Origin: an uncultured Acidobacteriota bacterium
Lineage (GTDB): Bacteria; Acidobacteriota; Thermoanaerobaculia; Multivoradales; UBA5704
Direction of reading: 5' to 3'
NCBI GenBank assembly: GCA_963770895.1
Contig: CAVYRF010000002.1
Span: 800,001 to 864,000 of the forward strand
Length of the DNA: 64,000 bases
Shown one piece after another: positions 21,918 to 31,396 of the stretch; within the stretch, counting starts at the first letter, position 1; every line of letters begins with the position of its first letter. The position numbers were made by a program, and so were the translations under genes. The notes under the pieces were generated by a model that was not told the DNA's origin, did no database searches, and saw only the letters and a list, made by a program, of their open reading frames with translations.

Positions 21918-23346
21918 CCCACGCCGGCAGCCGCTCGCGGTACTGGCTGGGCTGGCTGCGCTGGCTGCGCTGGCTCCGATCGCCGCGGGCTGCGGCAAGC
22001 AGGGGCCGCCGGTACCGCCGTTCCGCGCCAAACCGGCGCCGGTCAAGGACCTGGTCGTCCACCAGCGCGGCAACCACCTGATCTTCAGCTTCACCTATCC
22101 CGACACCACCCCCGGCGGCAAGGCCCTGGGCACCATCTCCAAGGCGGACGTGGTGGAATTCGACATTCCGGCGCCGCCGGCACCCAAACCCAAGAAGGGC
22201 GAAACCAAACCAGCGGCAGGGGCCGCCGGCACCACCGGAACCGCCGGCGCCACCGGCACCACTGGAACCACCGGCACCAAGACGGCTCCAGGCGACAAGA
22301 CCGCCGCCGCACCGGGGACGCAAAACGGCGCCGCAGCCGGCGCCGCGGCGGGCACCAGCGGCACCACCGGCGCGGGATCGGGCGCGGCCGGCTCCGGCGA
22401 GAGCGCGGACACCGAGGAGACCACCGGATCGGGCTCCGGCTCTGGGTCGGGCTCCGGCTCTGGGTCGGGCTCCGGCTCCGCGGCGGGCACCACGACCGCC
22501 GGCAAGACCGGCGCGACCAGCGCCAGCGCGCCGCTCGCCTTCGAGCCGACGGCCTTGGATCCCAAGCAGTACGCCAAGGCGGCCAAGCCCAAGCTCACGG
22601 TGAGCGGCAAGGACATCGGCGCGGCGACGATCGGCAATCGCCTGGTGTTCGACATGCCGCTGCCCGAGAAGTTGCCGGCCACCGGCGTCACGCCGGACTT
22701 CGCGGTCCGCACCTATGGCCCCAAGGGCGACGCCTCCGACCCCTCCAACCAGATCCTGCTGGTGCCGCAGGCGACCACCCCGGAACCGCCCGAGCACGTC
22801 ACCGTGACGCCCCAGGCCGACGGCATCCAGGTGGAGTGGCAGCCGGTCAAGGACGCTGGCGGCTATGCGGTCTACCGCCGCAATGCCACGGCGCGCTACG
22901 GCGCCGAGCCGCTGACGATCGTCAAGCCGCCCGACGTCAAATATTTCGACGCCACCGCCGCCTACGGCCAGGATTACATCTATTCGGTCACCGCCGTCGA
23001 CCCCAAGCATCCGCTGGTCGAAAGCGCCATCAAGTCCGAAACCGAGGTCCACTACGTGGACAAGTACCCGCCACCGGTGCCGTCGGACCTGGTTGCCGTC
23101 GCCGAAGCCGACAAGGTGCGGCTGGTCTGGCGGCAGAGCGAAGCGTCCGACCTGGCCGGGTACGTCGTCTACCGCAAGGGGGCAAACGGCGACTTCGCGC
23201 GCATCACGCCGCAGGCGATCTCGGGCACCACCTTCGTGGACGCCACCGCGACGTCAGGGCAGACCTACCATTACCGGGTGACGGCGGTCGACCAGGTGGG
23301 CAACGAGAGCGCGGCCAGCGGCGAGGTCGAAGTCGCCGTCCCATGA
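21907..23346 (+). CDS. Lipoprotein with fibronectin type III domains and a Gly/Ser/Thr/Ala-rich insert
   Basis: AAGC lipobox, CGKQGPP; two W..Y.VYR..Y.VTAVD FN3 patterns; (GS)n linker. Confidence 0.8.
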
Positions 23347-24146
23347 CCGCCTTCTTCAAGGTCTCGGGCGGCGGCAACGACTTCGTGGCGCTGGCCGAGC
23401 CGGCGGCCGAACCGACGCCGGACCAGGTCCGCGCCTGGTGCCGGCGGGGAGTTTCGCTGGGCGCGGACGGCGTGTTCGTGATCCGCCGTGAGGCGCCTGC
23501 GATCGCCATGTCCTACCGCAACGCCGACGGCCTGCCTGCCGAGCTTTGCCTGAACGGCACGCGCTGCGCCGCACAGCTGGCCTTCCACCTGGGGTGGGCG
23601 CATGACGAAGCGCGCATCGCGACCACCGCCGGCGGCTTCGACGCGCGGCGCATCGACGCCTCGCGCGTCGCCCTGGCCCTCGGCCTGGACATCTCGCAGC
23701 CGCGCCAGCTGGCCGTCGATCTCGACGGCACGCCGCAGCACGGCTGGAGCGTTCGTGTCGGCGTGCCGCATTTTCTGCTGGTCTGGCCGGGCGACCTGGC
23801 CGCGGCGCCGGTGGTGGCCGCCGGGCGCCCGCTGCGCCACCACGCCGCCTTTCAGCCCGCCGGCACCAACGTCAGCTGGGTGCGGTTCAACGGCCGCCAC
23901 GACCTGGCCATTCGCACCTACGAGCGCGGCGTCGAAGATGAAACGCTGGCCTGCGGCACCGGCGTGGTCGCCGCCGCCGTCCTGGGACTGCACCTCGGGC
24001 ACCTGACCCCACCGGTCACCGCCACCACCCACGGCGGTTTCCAGCTGACGGTGGACCGCGCCGCCGGCGGCGGCTACACCCTGGCCGGCGACGCGCGGGT
24101 GGTGGCGTCGGGCCAGCTGCTCGCCGGTGCGCTGGCGGATCGATGA
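23343..24146 (+). CDS. dapF: Diaminopimelate epimerase
   Basis: GGGNDFV, GADG, NADG, ELCLNG, VGVPH, GTNV, ERGVEDETLACGTG; ATG 23343. Confidence 0.92.
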   Translation: MTAFFKVSGGGNDFVALAEPAAEPTPDQVRAWCRRGVSLGADGVFVIRREAPAIAMSYRNADGLPAELCLNGTRCAAQLAFHLGWAHDEARIATTAGGFDARRIDASRVALALGLDISQPRQLAVDLDGTPQHGWSVRVGVPHFLLVWPGDLAAAPVVAAGRPLRHHAAFQPAGTNVSWVRFNGRHDLAIRTYERGVEDETLACGTGVVAAAVLGLHLGHLTPPVTATTHGGFQLTVDRAAGGGYTLAGDARVVASGQLLAGALADR

Positions 24147-25372
24147 GCGCCGATTCCCAGCCAACGTTTGCGCCCGTCGCCGAGCAGCTGGAGCTGCTCA
24201 CGCGCGGCGCCGTCGACCTGGTGGACCTGGACCTGCTTGAGCGCAAGCTCGAGCGCTCGCGGCGCACCGGCCAGCCGCTCACCGTCAAGGTGGGATTCGA
24301 CCCTTCGGCGCCGGACCTGCACCTGGGCCACACGGTGCTGCTGCGCAAGATGCGGCACTTCCAGCGGCTGGGCCATCGCGTGGTGTTCCTGATCGGCGAT
24401 TTCACCGGCCTGATCGGCGATCCCAGCGGCAAGAAGACCACGCGGCCGCAGCTCACCCAGGCCGAGGTGGACGCCAACGCGCTCACCTACCAGCGCCAGG
24501 TCTTCAAGGTGCTCGATCCGGAGCGCACGGTGATCGACCGCAACAGCCGCTGGCTGGGGGCGCTGGGCGCCGAAGGCATGATCCGGCTGGCCGGCCGCTA
24601 CACCCTGGCGCGCATCATGGAGCGCGAGGATTTCCGCACCCGCTTCGAACAGCACAAGCCCATCCACCTGCACGAGCTGCTCTATCCCCTGGCGCAGGGC
24701 TACGACTCCGTGGCCCTCAAGGCCGACGTCGAGCTGGGCGGCCACGACCAGATCTTCAACCTCCTGGTGGGGCGCGACCTGATGAAGGAAGAGGGGCTCG
24801 AACCGCAGGTGGTGCTGACCGTGCCGCTGCTGCTCGGCACCGACGGCGTCGAGAAGATGTCCAAGAGCCTCAACAACGCCATCGCGCTCGACGACGCGCA
24901 GGACATCTTCGGCAAGACCATGTCGATCCCCGACGACCTGATGTGGGACTGGTACCTGCTGCTGACCGACGTGCCGCGCCCCGAGATCGAGCGCCGCCGC
25001 GCCGCCATGACTGCGGGCGAGCAGCACCCCAGGCAGCTGAAGGAGGACCTGGCGAGGCTCCTGGTCGCCGATTTTCACGGCGAGGCCGCCGCGACGCAGG
25101 CGGCGGCGGAGTTCAGCAAGGTCTTTTCGCAAGGCGGCGTCCCCGACGACCTGGCCGAAACGCGGATCGAAGGGGCCAGGAGCCTGCAGAAGCTGCTCAC
25201 CGAAACGAGCCTGGCGGCCAGCAACGGCGAAGCCCGGCGCCTGCTCGAACAGGGCGCCGTCAGCATCGACGGCACGCGCGCCGGCGACCCCTGGCAGGAG
25301 CTGGAACCGCGTGCCGAACCGTACCTGTTCAAGGTCGGCAAGCGGCGCTTCGCCAAGATCCGCATCGCCTGA
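24143..25372 (+). CDS. tyrS: Tyrosine--tRNA ligase
   Basis: GFDPSAPDLHLGH (HIGH), KMSKS, YPLAQGYDS, C-terminal S4 domain VGKRRF. Confidence 0.97.
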   Translation: MSADSQPTFAPVAEQLELLTRGAVDLVDLDLLERKLERSRRTGQPLTVKVGFDPSAPDLHLGHTVLLRKMRHFQRLGHRVVFLIGDFTGLIGDPSGKKTTRPQLTQAEVDANALTYQRQVFKVLDPERTVIDRNSRWLGALGAEGMIRLAGRYTLARIMEREDFRTRFEQHKPIHLHELLYPLAQGYDSVALKADVELGGHDQIFNLLVGRDLMKEEGLEPQVVLTVPLLLGTDGVEKMSKSLNNAIALDDAQDIFGKTMSIPDDLMWDWYLLLTDVPRPEIERRRAAMTAGEQHPRQLKEDLARLLVADFHGEAAATQAAAEFSKVFSQGGVPDDLAETRIEGARSLQKLLTETSLAASNGEARRLLEQGAVSIDGTRAGDPWQELEPRAEPYLFKVGKRRFAKIRIA

Positions 25373-25401
25373 CGCCCTGCCGCGGCGAGCGCCGCTCCAT
25401 C

Positions 25402-26487
25402 ATGACCCCGACCTCACCCTGCCGCTTCCGCCCAGCCCAGCTCGGCCTCCTGCTTGCCGGGATCGCCGCCTTCGCCGGTCCGCCGGCGGCGGGCGCACCG
25501 GGCGGCCCCCCGGCGGCATTGCCGGTTCCGGCGGCGCGCGCCGATCATCCGCTGCGCGCTTCGGCGCAGGCATTTGGCGCGCCGCTGCTGGTCGAAGTGC
25601 GCGATCTGCCGCGCGAGGGGGCCGCGGCGGCTCTCGACGCGGCGGTCGCCGAAGTCGCCGCCATCGAGCGGATGACCGACCTGAACCGGCCCGGCAGTGA
25701 AGTTGTGGCGGTCAACGCCGCCGCCGGCAAGGGGCCGCGGCAGGTGGACCCCCGGCTCTTCGCGGTGCTGGCGCGCGGGCTCGACTTCTGCCAGTGGTCC
25801 GAAGGCAGGCAGGGGCCGCTGGCGCACGACCTCAACACCCTTTGGGGGCGCGGCATCAACGCGCCGCTCGCGGCCCCGCCGCAGCCCAACCTGATGGGTC
25901 TGGCGATCGAGGCCGCCGCCTGCCGCCACCTGCACCTGGACGTCGCCAGGAAGGCGGTCAGCCTGGATGCCGGCTGCGCCCTCGACCTGGTGGACTTCGC
26001 CGCCGGGGCCGCCGTCGACCGCGCCGTGGAAGTGCTGCGCGCACGCGGCTCGGCCAACGCCTTCGTGCAGATCGGCGGTTTGCAGCGGGGTATCGGCCCC
26101 GGCCGCGACGGCCAGGGCTGGCCGGTCGACCTGCCCGCCCTGGGCGGCCTGCGGGAACCTCTCGGGCGGGTGTACCTGCGCGATCAGGCGCTGGCGGTGG
26201 CGGCGCAGCAGGACCACCCCCTGCGCGTCGGCGGCGACGAGCTGTCGCCGTTCATCAACCAGCGCACCGGCCAACCCACCGACGGCGTCGCCGCCACCCT
26301 GGCCGCCACCACCCTGGCCGCCGACGCGCAAGCCCTGGCCGCCACCATGGCCATCACCGGCACCCGCGACGGCGAGCTGCTGATGGGCTCGATCCGCCCG
26401 CGCCCGTCGATCCTCTGGCTGATGGGCAGCGGCACCGGCATACCGCTGCTGGTGGAGTATCGCTGGACCGAAGTGCCCAAACGCTGA
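25402..26487 (+). CDS. ApbE-like FAD:protein FMN transferase (degenerate motifs)
   Basis: SEVVAVNAAAG, LDL...AVDRA...L, GWPV, INQRTGQP; signal-peptide-like N-terminus from ATG 25402. Confidence 0.75.
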   Translation: MTPTSPCRFRPAQLGLLLAGIAAFAGPPAAGAPGGPPAALPVPAARADHPLRASAQAFGAPLLVEVRDLPREGAAAALDAAVAEVAAIERMTDLNRPGSEVVAVNAAAGKGPRQVDPRLFAVLARGLDFCQWSEGRQGPLAHDLNTLWGRGINAPLAAPPQPNLMGLAIEAAACRHLHLDVARKAVSLDAGCALDLVDFAAGAAVDRAVEVLRARGSANAFVQIGGLQRGIGPGRDGQGWPVDLPALGGLREPLGRVYLRDQALAVAAQQDHPLRVGGDELSPFINQRTGQPTDGVAATLAATTLAADAQALAATMAITGTRDGELLMGSIRPRPSILWLMGSGTGIPLLVEYRWTEVPKR

Positions 26488-26489
26488 GC

Positions 26490-27101
26490 GCGGCGCCCGG
26501 CAGACCGGCCCCACCTTCGGCACGTCCACCGTCAGGCGCTGATTGAGAAAATCCTCGACGATGCCGTTGGCGTCCACGGCGTAGACGTAGATTTCCGCCG
26601 CCAGCACCTTGTCCGGCGAATCGGCAAGCAGGCTGGCGCCGTCCGCCTCGACGAACACCGGCACGTACGCCTTTGGCACCCGCGGTGCGGAACGGCTCGG
26701 CGAGCACCGCCGTGGCGATCGATCCGCCCTGGTTGGCGCCCATCAGCTGGTCGGCGAGCGACAGCATCTTCTCCGCCGGCCGCTGCTGATTGAAGGGGCG
26801 CGGCGCGTAGTAGCCCGAACGCGCCGAGACCTTGGTGCCGCGCGGCGCGTTCCTGAGCTGCACCTTGATCGGGTGATAGGCGCCATCCTGCTTCAAACCC
26901 TGCGGCTGGAAGCTGAGCACGTAGGTGACGCTGGTCTGGTTCGCCATGTGGACCAGCGCCGCACCCAGGTCGTTGGTGTTGCGGAACACCTCGCCGCCGG
27001 TGTCGTGCGACATCTGCATCAGCGCACCCTCGCGCGCTCCCCGCCATCAGAAGCGCCATCACGAGACCCGTCGGCATCTTGAAACGATGCAGGTGCCCCA
27101 T
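26490..27101 (-). pseudogene. Deleted and frameshifted tandem paralog of the adjacent VWA-domain gene
   Basis: Signal peptide MGHLHRFKMPTGLVMALLMAGSARG joined directly to LMQMSHDTGGEVFRNTNDL; about 520 bp similar to 27715-28230; 1-nt indel near 26675; 3' truncation. Confidence 0.82.
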
Positions 27102-27127
27102 GGATACTGCCCTCCGGAGCGCGCGCC

Positions 27128-29374
27128 CTATTTGGACGCGGGAGCGCTGGCGATGGTGAACGGGGACGTCGCGGTGTGCGGGCCGCTGGCGCTGTTGACG
27201 GTGACGACCAGGCGATAGTCCCCCGGCGCCAGGCCGGCGGGAGGCTTGAAGGAAGCCTGGTAGACGTCGGGGTTGGTGCCGGAGCCGGGCACCTCGCCGC
27301 GCACGCGGATGCTGCAGGCGCCCATGTCGCGGCCGTCGGCGCTCTGTAGCTTGGCCTCCGTCTTCAGGTCCTGGCCCAGGTTGTACCCCATCAGCGCCAC
27401 CGGCGTTTCGGCGCCCGGCGCCAGCGCCGGCAGCGAAGCGGGGACGTAGGCCTGCTGGCCGACGTGGAACGGATAGGCGGTGTCCTTCTGCTGGCCGCGC
27501 GGCGTCTCGCGCACCACCGACCAGCGGCCGCCCGCCTCGGGGAAGAGCGGCGGCAGCAGCACGCCCGCGTCGGCGGCGAACCGCGGCACGGTCATGAACA
27601 CCGTGCGCTTGCCGAAAGCACCGGTGTCGCCGTTGCGCACCAGGCTGCGGATCGCGTAGTCGCCCGGCGGCAGCTCCAGGTGGCCGTAGTACTTGAGACC
27701 GCCCTGGCGCAACGACGCCCCGACCTTCGCCACGTCCACCGCCAGGCGCTGGTTGAAATAGTCCTGGATGATGCCGTTGGCGTCCACGGCGTAGACGTAG
27801 ATCTCGGTAGCCAACGCCTTGTCTCCGGCGCCGGCCAGCAGCGTGGCGCCGTCCGCCTCGACGAACACCGGCACGTACGCCTTGGGCCCCGCGGTGCGGA
27901 ACGGCTCGGCCAGCACCGCCGTGGAGATCGATCCGCCCTGGTTCGAGCCCATCAGCTGGTTGGCCACGGACAGCATCTTTTCCACCGGCCGTTGCTGGTT
28001 GAAGGGGCGCGGCGAATAGTAGCCGGAGCGGGCGGTGACCTTGGTGCCGCGCGGCGGGTTTTTGAGCTGTACCTTGATCGGGTGGTAGGAGCCGTCCTGC
28101 TTCAGCTCCGGCTGAAAGCTGAGCACGTAGGTGACGCTGGTCTGGTTGGCCATTTTCTCCAGCGCCACGCCCAGGTCGTTGGTGTTGCGGAACACCTCGC
28201 CGCCGGTGTCGTGCGACATCTGCAGCAGCGCCGCCTCGCCGGAGGTCTGCGGCGTGGCGTCCAGGCTCTGGCCGCGCAGCCCGCTGATGTCGAGCGATTC
28301 GATGACGCAGTCGGAGCGGCGGAACTGTTCCAGCATCTTTTCGAGCAGGTTGGCCATCTGCGTGCTGCCGTAGCGCGAGTCGCTGTCGACCGACAGCGAG
28401 CCGCCGTGCATCACCGCGTCGGCCATCGCGTTCTGGCCGTTGGAATCCTCGACGCCCGAAACCACGCCGGTGTCGAAGCCTTCCGACATGAACACCACCA
28501 GCTTGCGGCCCGACACCGCGCTCATCATCCGGGCCAGGTCGGCAAAGGCGCTGGCGAGCGGCCCCACCAGGCTCTTTTGCTGGGCGATCTCGGCGTGCTG
28601 CTGTTCGGCGACTTCGGCGGCCTGGTAGACCATTTCCACCATCATGGCATTTGCCTTGCCGACGTCGACGGTCGATTGGGCGGCGTACGTGCCGCGCTGG
28701 GCGGCCGTGTCGCCGGCCGGCGCCGGGGGCTGCGGCGTGGCATACGCCCCGGCGATGGCATCCAGGCCTGCAATCGCATTGGACGCCGCCAGGCCGCCGG
28801 ACACCAGCGCATCGCTCTGCCCGACCGATGCGGATGCCGTCTGCGCGGTCTGGAACGCTTCGGGGCGGGTGTCCTTTTCGGGAGCGAGAGAGGCGATCAC
28901 CCGGCTCACCTGGTAGAGGTCCGAGGTAAAGCCCAGCAGCAGCTTCAGCCCGGAAACCTGGCTGTAGGTCGCCACGGCCACCAGGTCGGAGGGGGTGAGG
29001 GTATTGACCAGCGACTTCATCACCGCCGCGCGCGCCCGCGCCATCGACTTCAGGCTGGAATTGGCAAAGTCGAAGAGCAGCAGAAAGTGGCGTTTGCCGG
29101 CGGCGGGGATGTCGGCCGACAGGACGCGGTTCTCCGGCGCCGACAGGTCGACGACGTCGAAGCCGGTGATGGGCTGCTGCTTGCGCCCCTCGGTGATGAC
29201 GAAGTCCTCGGCCTTCAGGCCGCGCACCGGCTGGCCGTCGCGCACCACCTGCACCGGGACCTCCACCACGGTGACCTGCGAGGTGTCGGTGTACTTCTGG
29301 CCGCTTGCGCTGCCGGTCACGAGCAGCGACATCAGGAGACCAATGGTCATCGCACCGCGACGCATTTGGCTCAT
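27128..29374 (-). CDS. VWFA-related Acidobacterial domain protein (secreted)
   Basis: Signal peptide; VEVPVQV..DGQPVRGLKAEDF; RKLVVFMSEGF; TGGEVF.NTNDL; YVLSF; ARSGYY; ATG 29374 after GGAGG. Confidence 0.85.
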   Translation of the reverse strand: MSQMRRGAMTIGLLMSLLVTGSASGQKYTDTSQVTVVEVPVQVVRDGQPVRGLKAEDFVITEGRKQQPITGFDVVDLSAPENRVLSADIPAAGKRHFLLLFDFANSSLKSMARARAAVMKSLVNTLTPSDLVAVATYSQVSGLKLLLGFTSDLYQVSRVIASLAPEKDTRPEAFQTAQTASASVGQSDALVSGGLAASNAIAGLDAIAGAYATPQPPAPAGDTAAQRGTYAAQSTVDVGKANAMMVEMVYQAAEVAEQQHAEIAQQKSLVGPLASAFADLARMMSAVSGRKLVVFMSEGFDTGVVSGVEDSNGQNAMADAVMHGGSLSVDSDSRYGSTQMANLLEKMLEQFRRSDCVIESLDISGLRGQSLDATPQTSGEAALLQMSHDTGGEVFRNTNDLGVALEKMANQTSVTYVLSFQPELKQDGSYHPIKVQLKNPPRGTKVTARSGYYSPRPFNQQRPVEKMLSVANQLMGSNQGGSISTAVLAEPFRTAGPKAYVPVFVEADGATLLAGAGDKALATEIYVYAVDANGIIQDYFNQRLAVDVAKVGASLRQGGLKYYGHLELPPGDYAIRSLVRNGDTGAFGKRTVFMTVPRFAADAGVLLPPLFPEAGGRWSVVRETPRGQQKDTAYPFHVGQQAYVPASLPALAPGAETPVALMGYNLGQDLKTEAKLQSADGRDMGACSIRVRGEVPGSGTNPDVYQASFKPPAGLAPGDYRLVVTVNSASGPHTATSPFTIASAPASK

Positions 29375-29446
29375 ACTGCCTCCTCTTTGCGATTGTCTAC
29401 GCGACAGACTACCACAAAAACACAATCGACACACAAAAAGGGCAAT

Positions 29447-30526
29447 TCAGATGTTGTCTAATGGAGGAGGCGAGGTGGGCGACGGGGCCGCCGCACCGGC
29501 AGGCTTGCAGCAGGGGCCGCCTTCGGGAGCGATCGGCAGGCCGTGCGGACAGCTGGCGGGGTGGCCAAGAAAGGCACACACCTGGTCCTCGAAGCCGGCC
29601 GCCACCGGCGCGGCGCGGCCGCACTGCGGCGACACCGCGCCCGGCGCCAGGGTGCGGGCCAGCAGCGCTTCGGCCAGACGCACCCGCCGCACCGCCGCCG
29701 CCGCCAGGACGCGCCCGCGCTCGGTAAAGGCGATGCGGCCGCCGGCGAAGGCCAGCAGCCCCTGTGCCAGCAGGTCGGCGACGCCGCGGCCGGTGACCGC
29801 GACGGTGCGCTGCTCCTCGGCCAGGGTGCGCCACAGGTCCACCAGCACCAGCTGCAGCTCGGGGCTGCCGGTGTCGTCCAGCTTGGCCAGCCGGCCGTGT
29901 TCCAGGCGCAGCTCGCGGCCCGCCCGCGCCGCGATCGTGGGGTCGTGGGTCACCAGGATGAGGGTATGGCCGCGCCGGTGCAGGTCCTCCAGCAGGGTCA
30001 TGACCACCGCTTCGTTGACCGCGTCCAGGTTGCCGGTCGGCTCGTCGGCAAGAATGAGCGGCGGCTGATTGATCAGCGCGCGGGCGATGCAGACCCGCTG
30101 CTGCTCGCCGCCGGACAGCTCGCTCGGCAGGTGGTCCAGGCGGTCGCCCAGACCGACGCGCCGCAGTGCACCTTCGGCTTCGCCACGGTCGGTGATGCTG
30201 TGGACGTACTGCGCCAGCATGACGTTTTCGAGCGCCGTCAGGTAGGGGATCAGGTGGAACTGCTGGAACACCAGGCCGACCGTCTGCTGGCGGTAGCGCG
30301 CCAGGTCGCGGTTGCCCAGCCCCACCAGGTCCACGCCGCCCACCAGCACCTGCCCTTCGGACGGCCGGTCCAGGCCGGCGAGCACGTTGAGCAGGGTGGT
30401 CTTGCCCGATCCCGAGGGGCCGGTGACCGCCACCCACTCGCCGGGGGCGATGCGCAGCGACAGGTCGTCGAGCGCCAGCAGCGACCCGAACCGCCGCGTC
30501 AAGCCCGCGATCTCGACCAGTGACAT
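29447..30526 (-). CDS. ABC transporter ATP-binding protein fused to a C-terminal DtxR/MntR-like dimerization domain
   Basis: GPSGSGKT, LSGGEQQR, ILADEPTGNLD; C-terminal FTERGRVLA...RLAEALL...FLGHPASCPHGLPI. Confidence 0.85.
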   Translation of the reverse strand: MSLVEIAGLTRRFGSLLALDDLSLRIAPGEWVAVTGPSGSGKTTLLNVLAGLDRPSEGQVLVGGVDLVGLGNRDLARYRQQTVGLVFQQFHLIPYLTALENVMLAQYVHSITDRGEAEGALRRVGLGDRLDHLPSELSGGEQQRVCIARALINQPPLILADEPTGNLDAVNEAVVMTLLEDLHRRGHTLILVTHDPTIAARAGRELRLEHGRLAKLDDTGSPELQLVLVDLWRTLAEEQRTVAVTGRGVADLLAQGLLAFAGGRIAFTERGRVLAAAAVRRVRLAEALLARTLAPGAVSPQCGRAAPVAAGFEDQVCAFLGHPASCPHGLPIAPEGGPCCKPAGAAAPSPTSPPPLDNI

Positions 30527-30538
30527 GCCGGCGCCCCC

Positions 30539-31396
30539 TCACTCGCCCCGCAGCACGCCGGCCGCGTCCAGCCGCTCGATCCGCGCCAGCGCCGCCGACA
30601 GCGACAGCCCCACCACCACCAGTGCCACCCCCACCGCCGCCGCCAACCCGGTCCAGGTCGGCTGCAATCCGGCGGCGCCGCCCAGCAGGCGGCTGGACAG
30701 GCCGCCGGCCGCGATCTCGCCCAGCAGCTCGCCGGTGAGCGCCGCGACCAGGGCGACAGCCAACAGCTCGGCGGCGAGCATGCCGCCGATGCGCCGGCCG
30801 GAGTAACCCAGCGCCAGCATCAGCCCGACCTCGACCCGCCGCTCGCCCACCAGGGCCGTGGTGGCAGCGCCCACCGAGAGCACGGCCAGCAGGAACGACA
30901 CCCCCGAGATCGCCACCAGGACCAGGGTGAGGCGGTGGCTGATGCGCGCGTCCGAGGCGGCGGTCTTGAGCAGCGGCGTCACCTCGACCCCCTCCAGGCG
31001 GCCGCCGATGGCCCGCGCCACCGCCGCCAGACGCGCCGGTTCGGCGCGCACTTCGATCCGCGCCAGCTGCGGCTGCGCCGGCGCCTGCCGTGCCGGCGCC
31101 GCGGGCAGGGCGGGCGGGGCGGCCAGGACCGCCACCGGCGTCGCCGCCAGCACGCCCGGTACGGAACGCACCACCGCCAGGGCGTCCGGCGGCATCGCCG
31201 GCGCGCCTCCCACCTGCGGGCGCACCTCCAGGTTGGGGCCGAAGGCCGCCAGCCCGGCGCCCAGGCGGCGGTCGGCGCGCTCCGCGAAGCCCGCCATGGT
31301 GGCGACCGTGCCGGCCGCCACCATCACCGCCACCAGGATCAGCGCCAGCTGCCGCGGGCGGCGCCGGAGGCTGGCCAGGACCAGGCGGGCGATCAC
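30539..31396 (-). CDS. FtsX/MacB-like ABC permease
   Basis: FGPNL, ERRVEVGLMLALG, four TM segments, VLRGE end. Confidence 0.82.
   Translation of the reverse strand: MIARLVLASLRRRPRQLALILVAVMVAAGTVATMAGFAERADRRLGAGLAAFGPNLEVRPQVGGAPAMPPDALAVVRSVPGVLAATPVAVLAAPPALPAAPARQAPAQPQLARIEVRAEPARLAAVARAIGGRLEGVEVTPLLKTAASDARISHRLTLVLVAISGVSFLLAVLSVGAATTALVGERRVEVGLMLALGYSGRRIGGMLAAELLAVALVAALTGELLGEIAAGGLSSRLLGGAAGLQPTWTGLAAAVGVALVVVGLSLSAALARIERLDAAGVLRGE

Noticed and set aside
26500-28230. DGR template/variable repeat pair
   Set aside because: Differences are not adenine-specific, include indels and many synonymous changes, and no reverse transcriptase is present.
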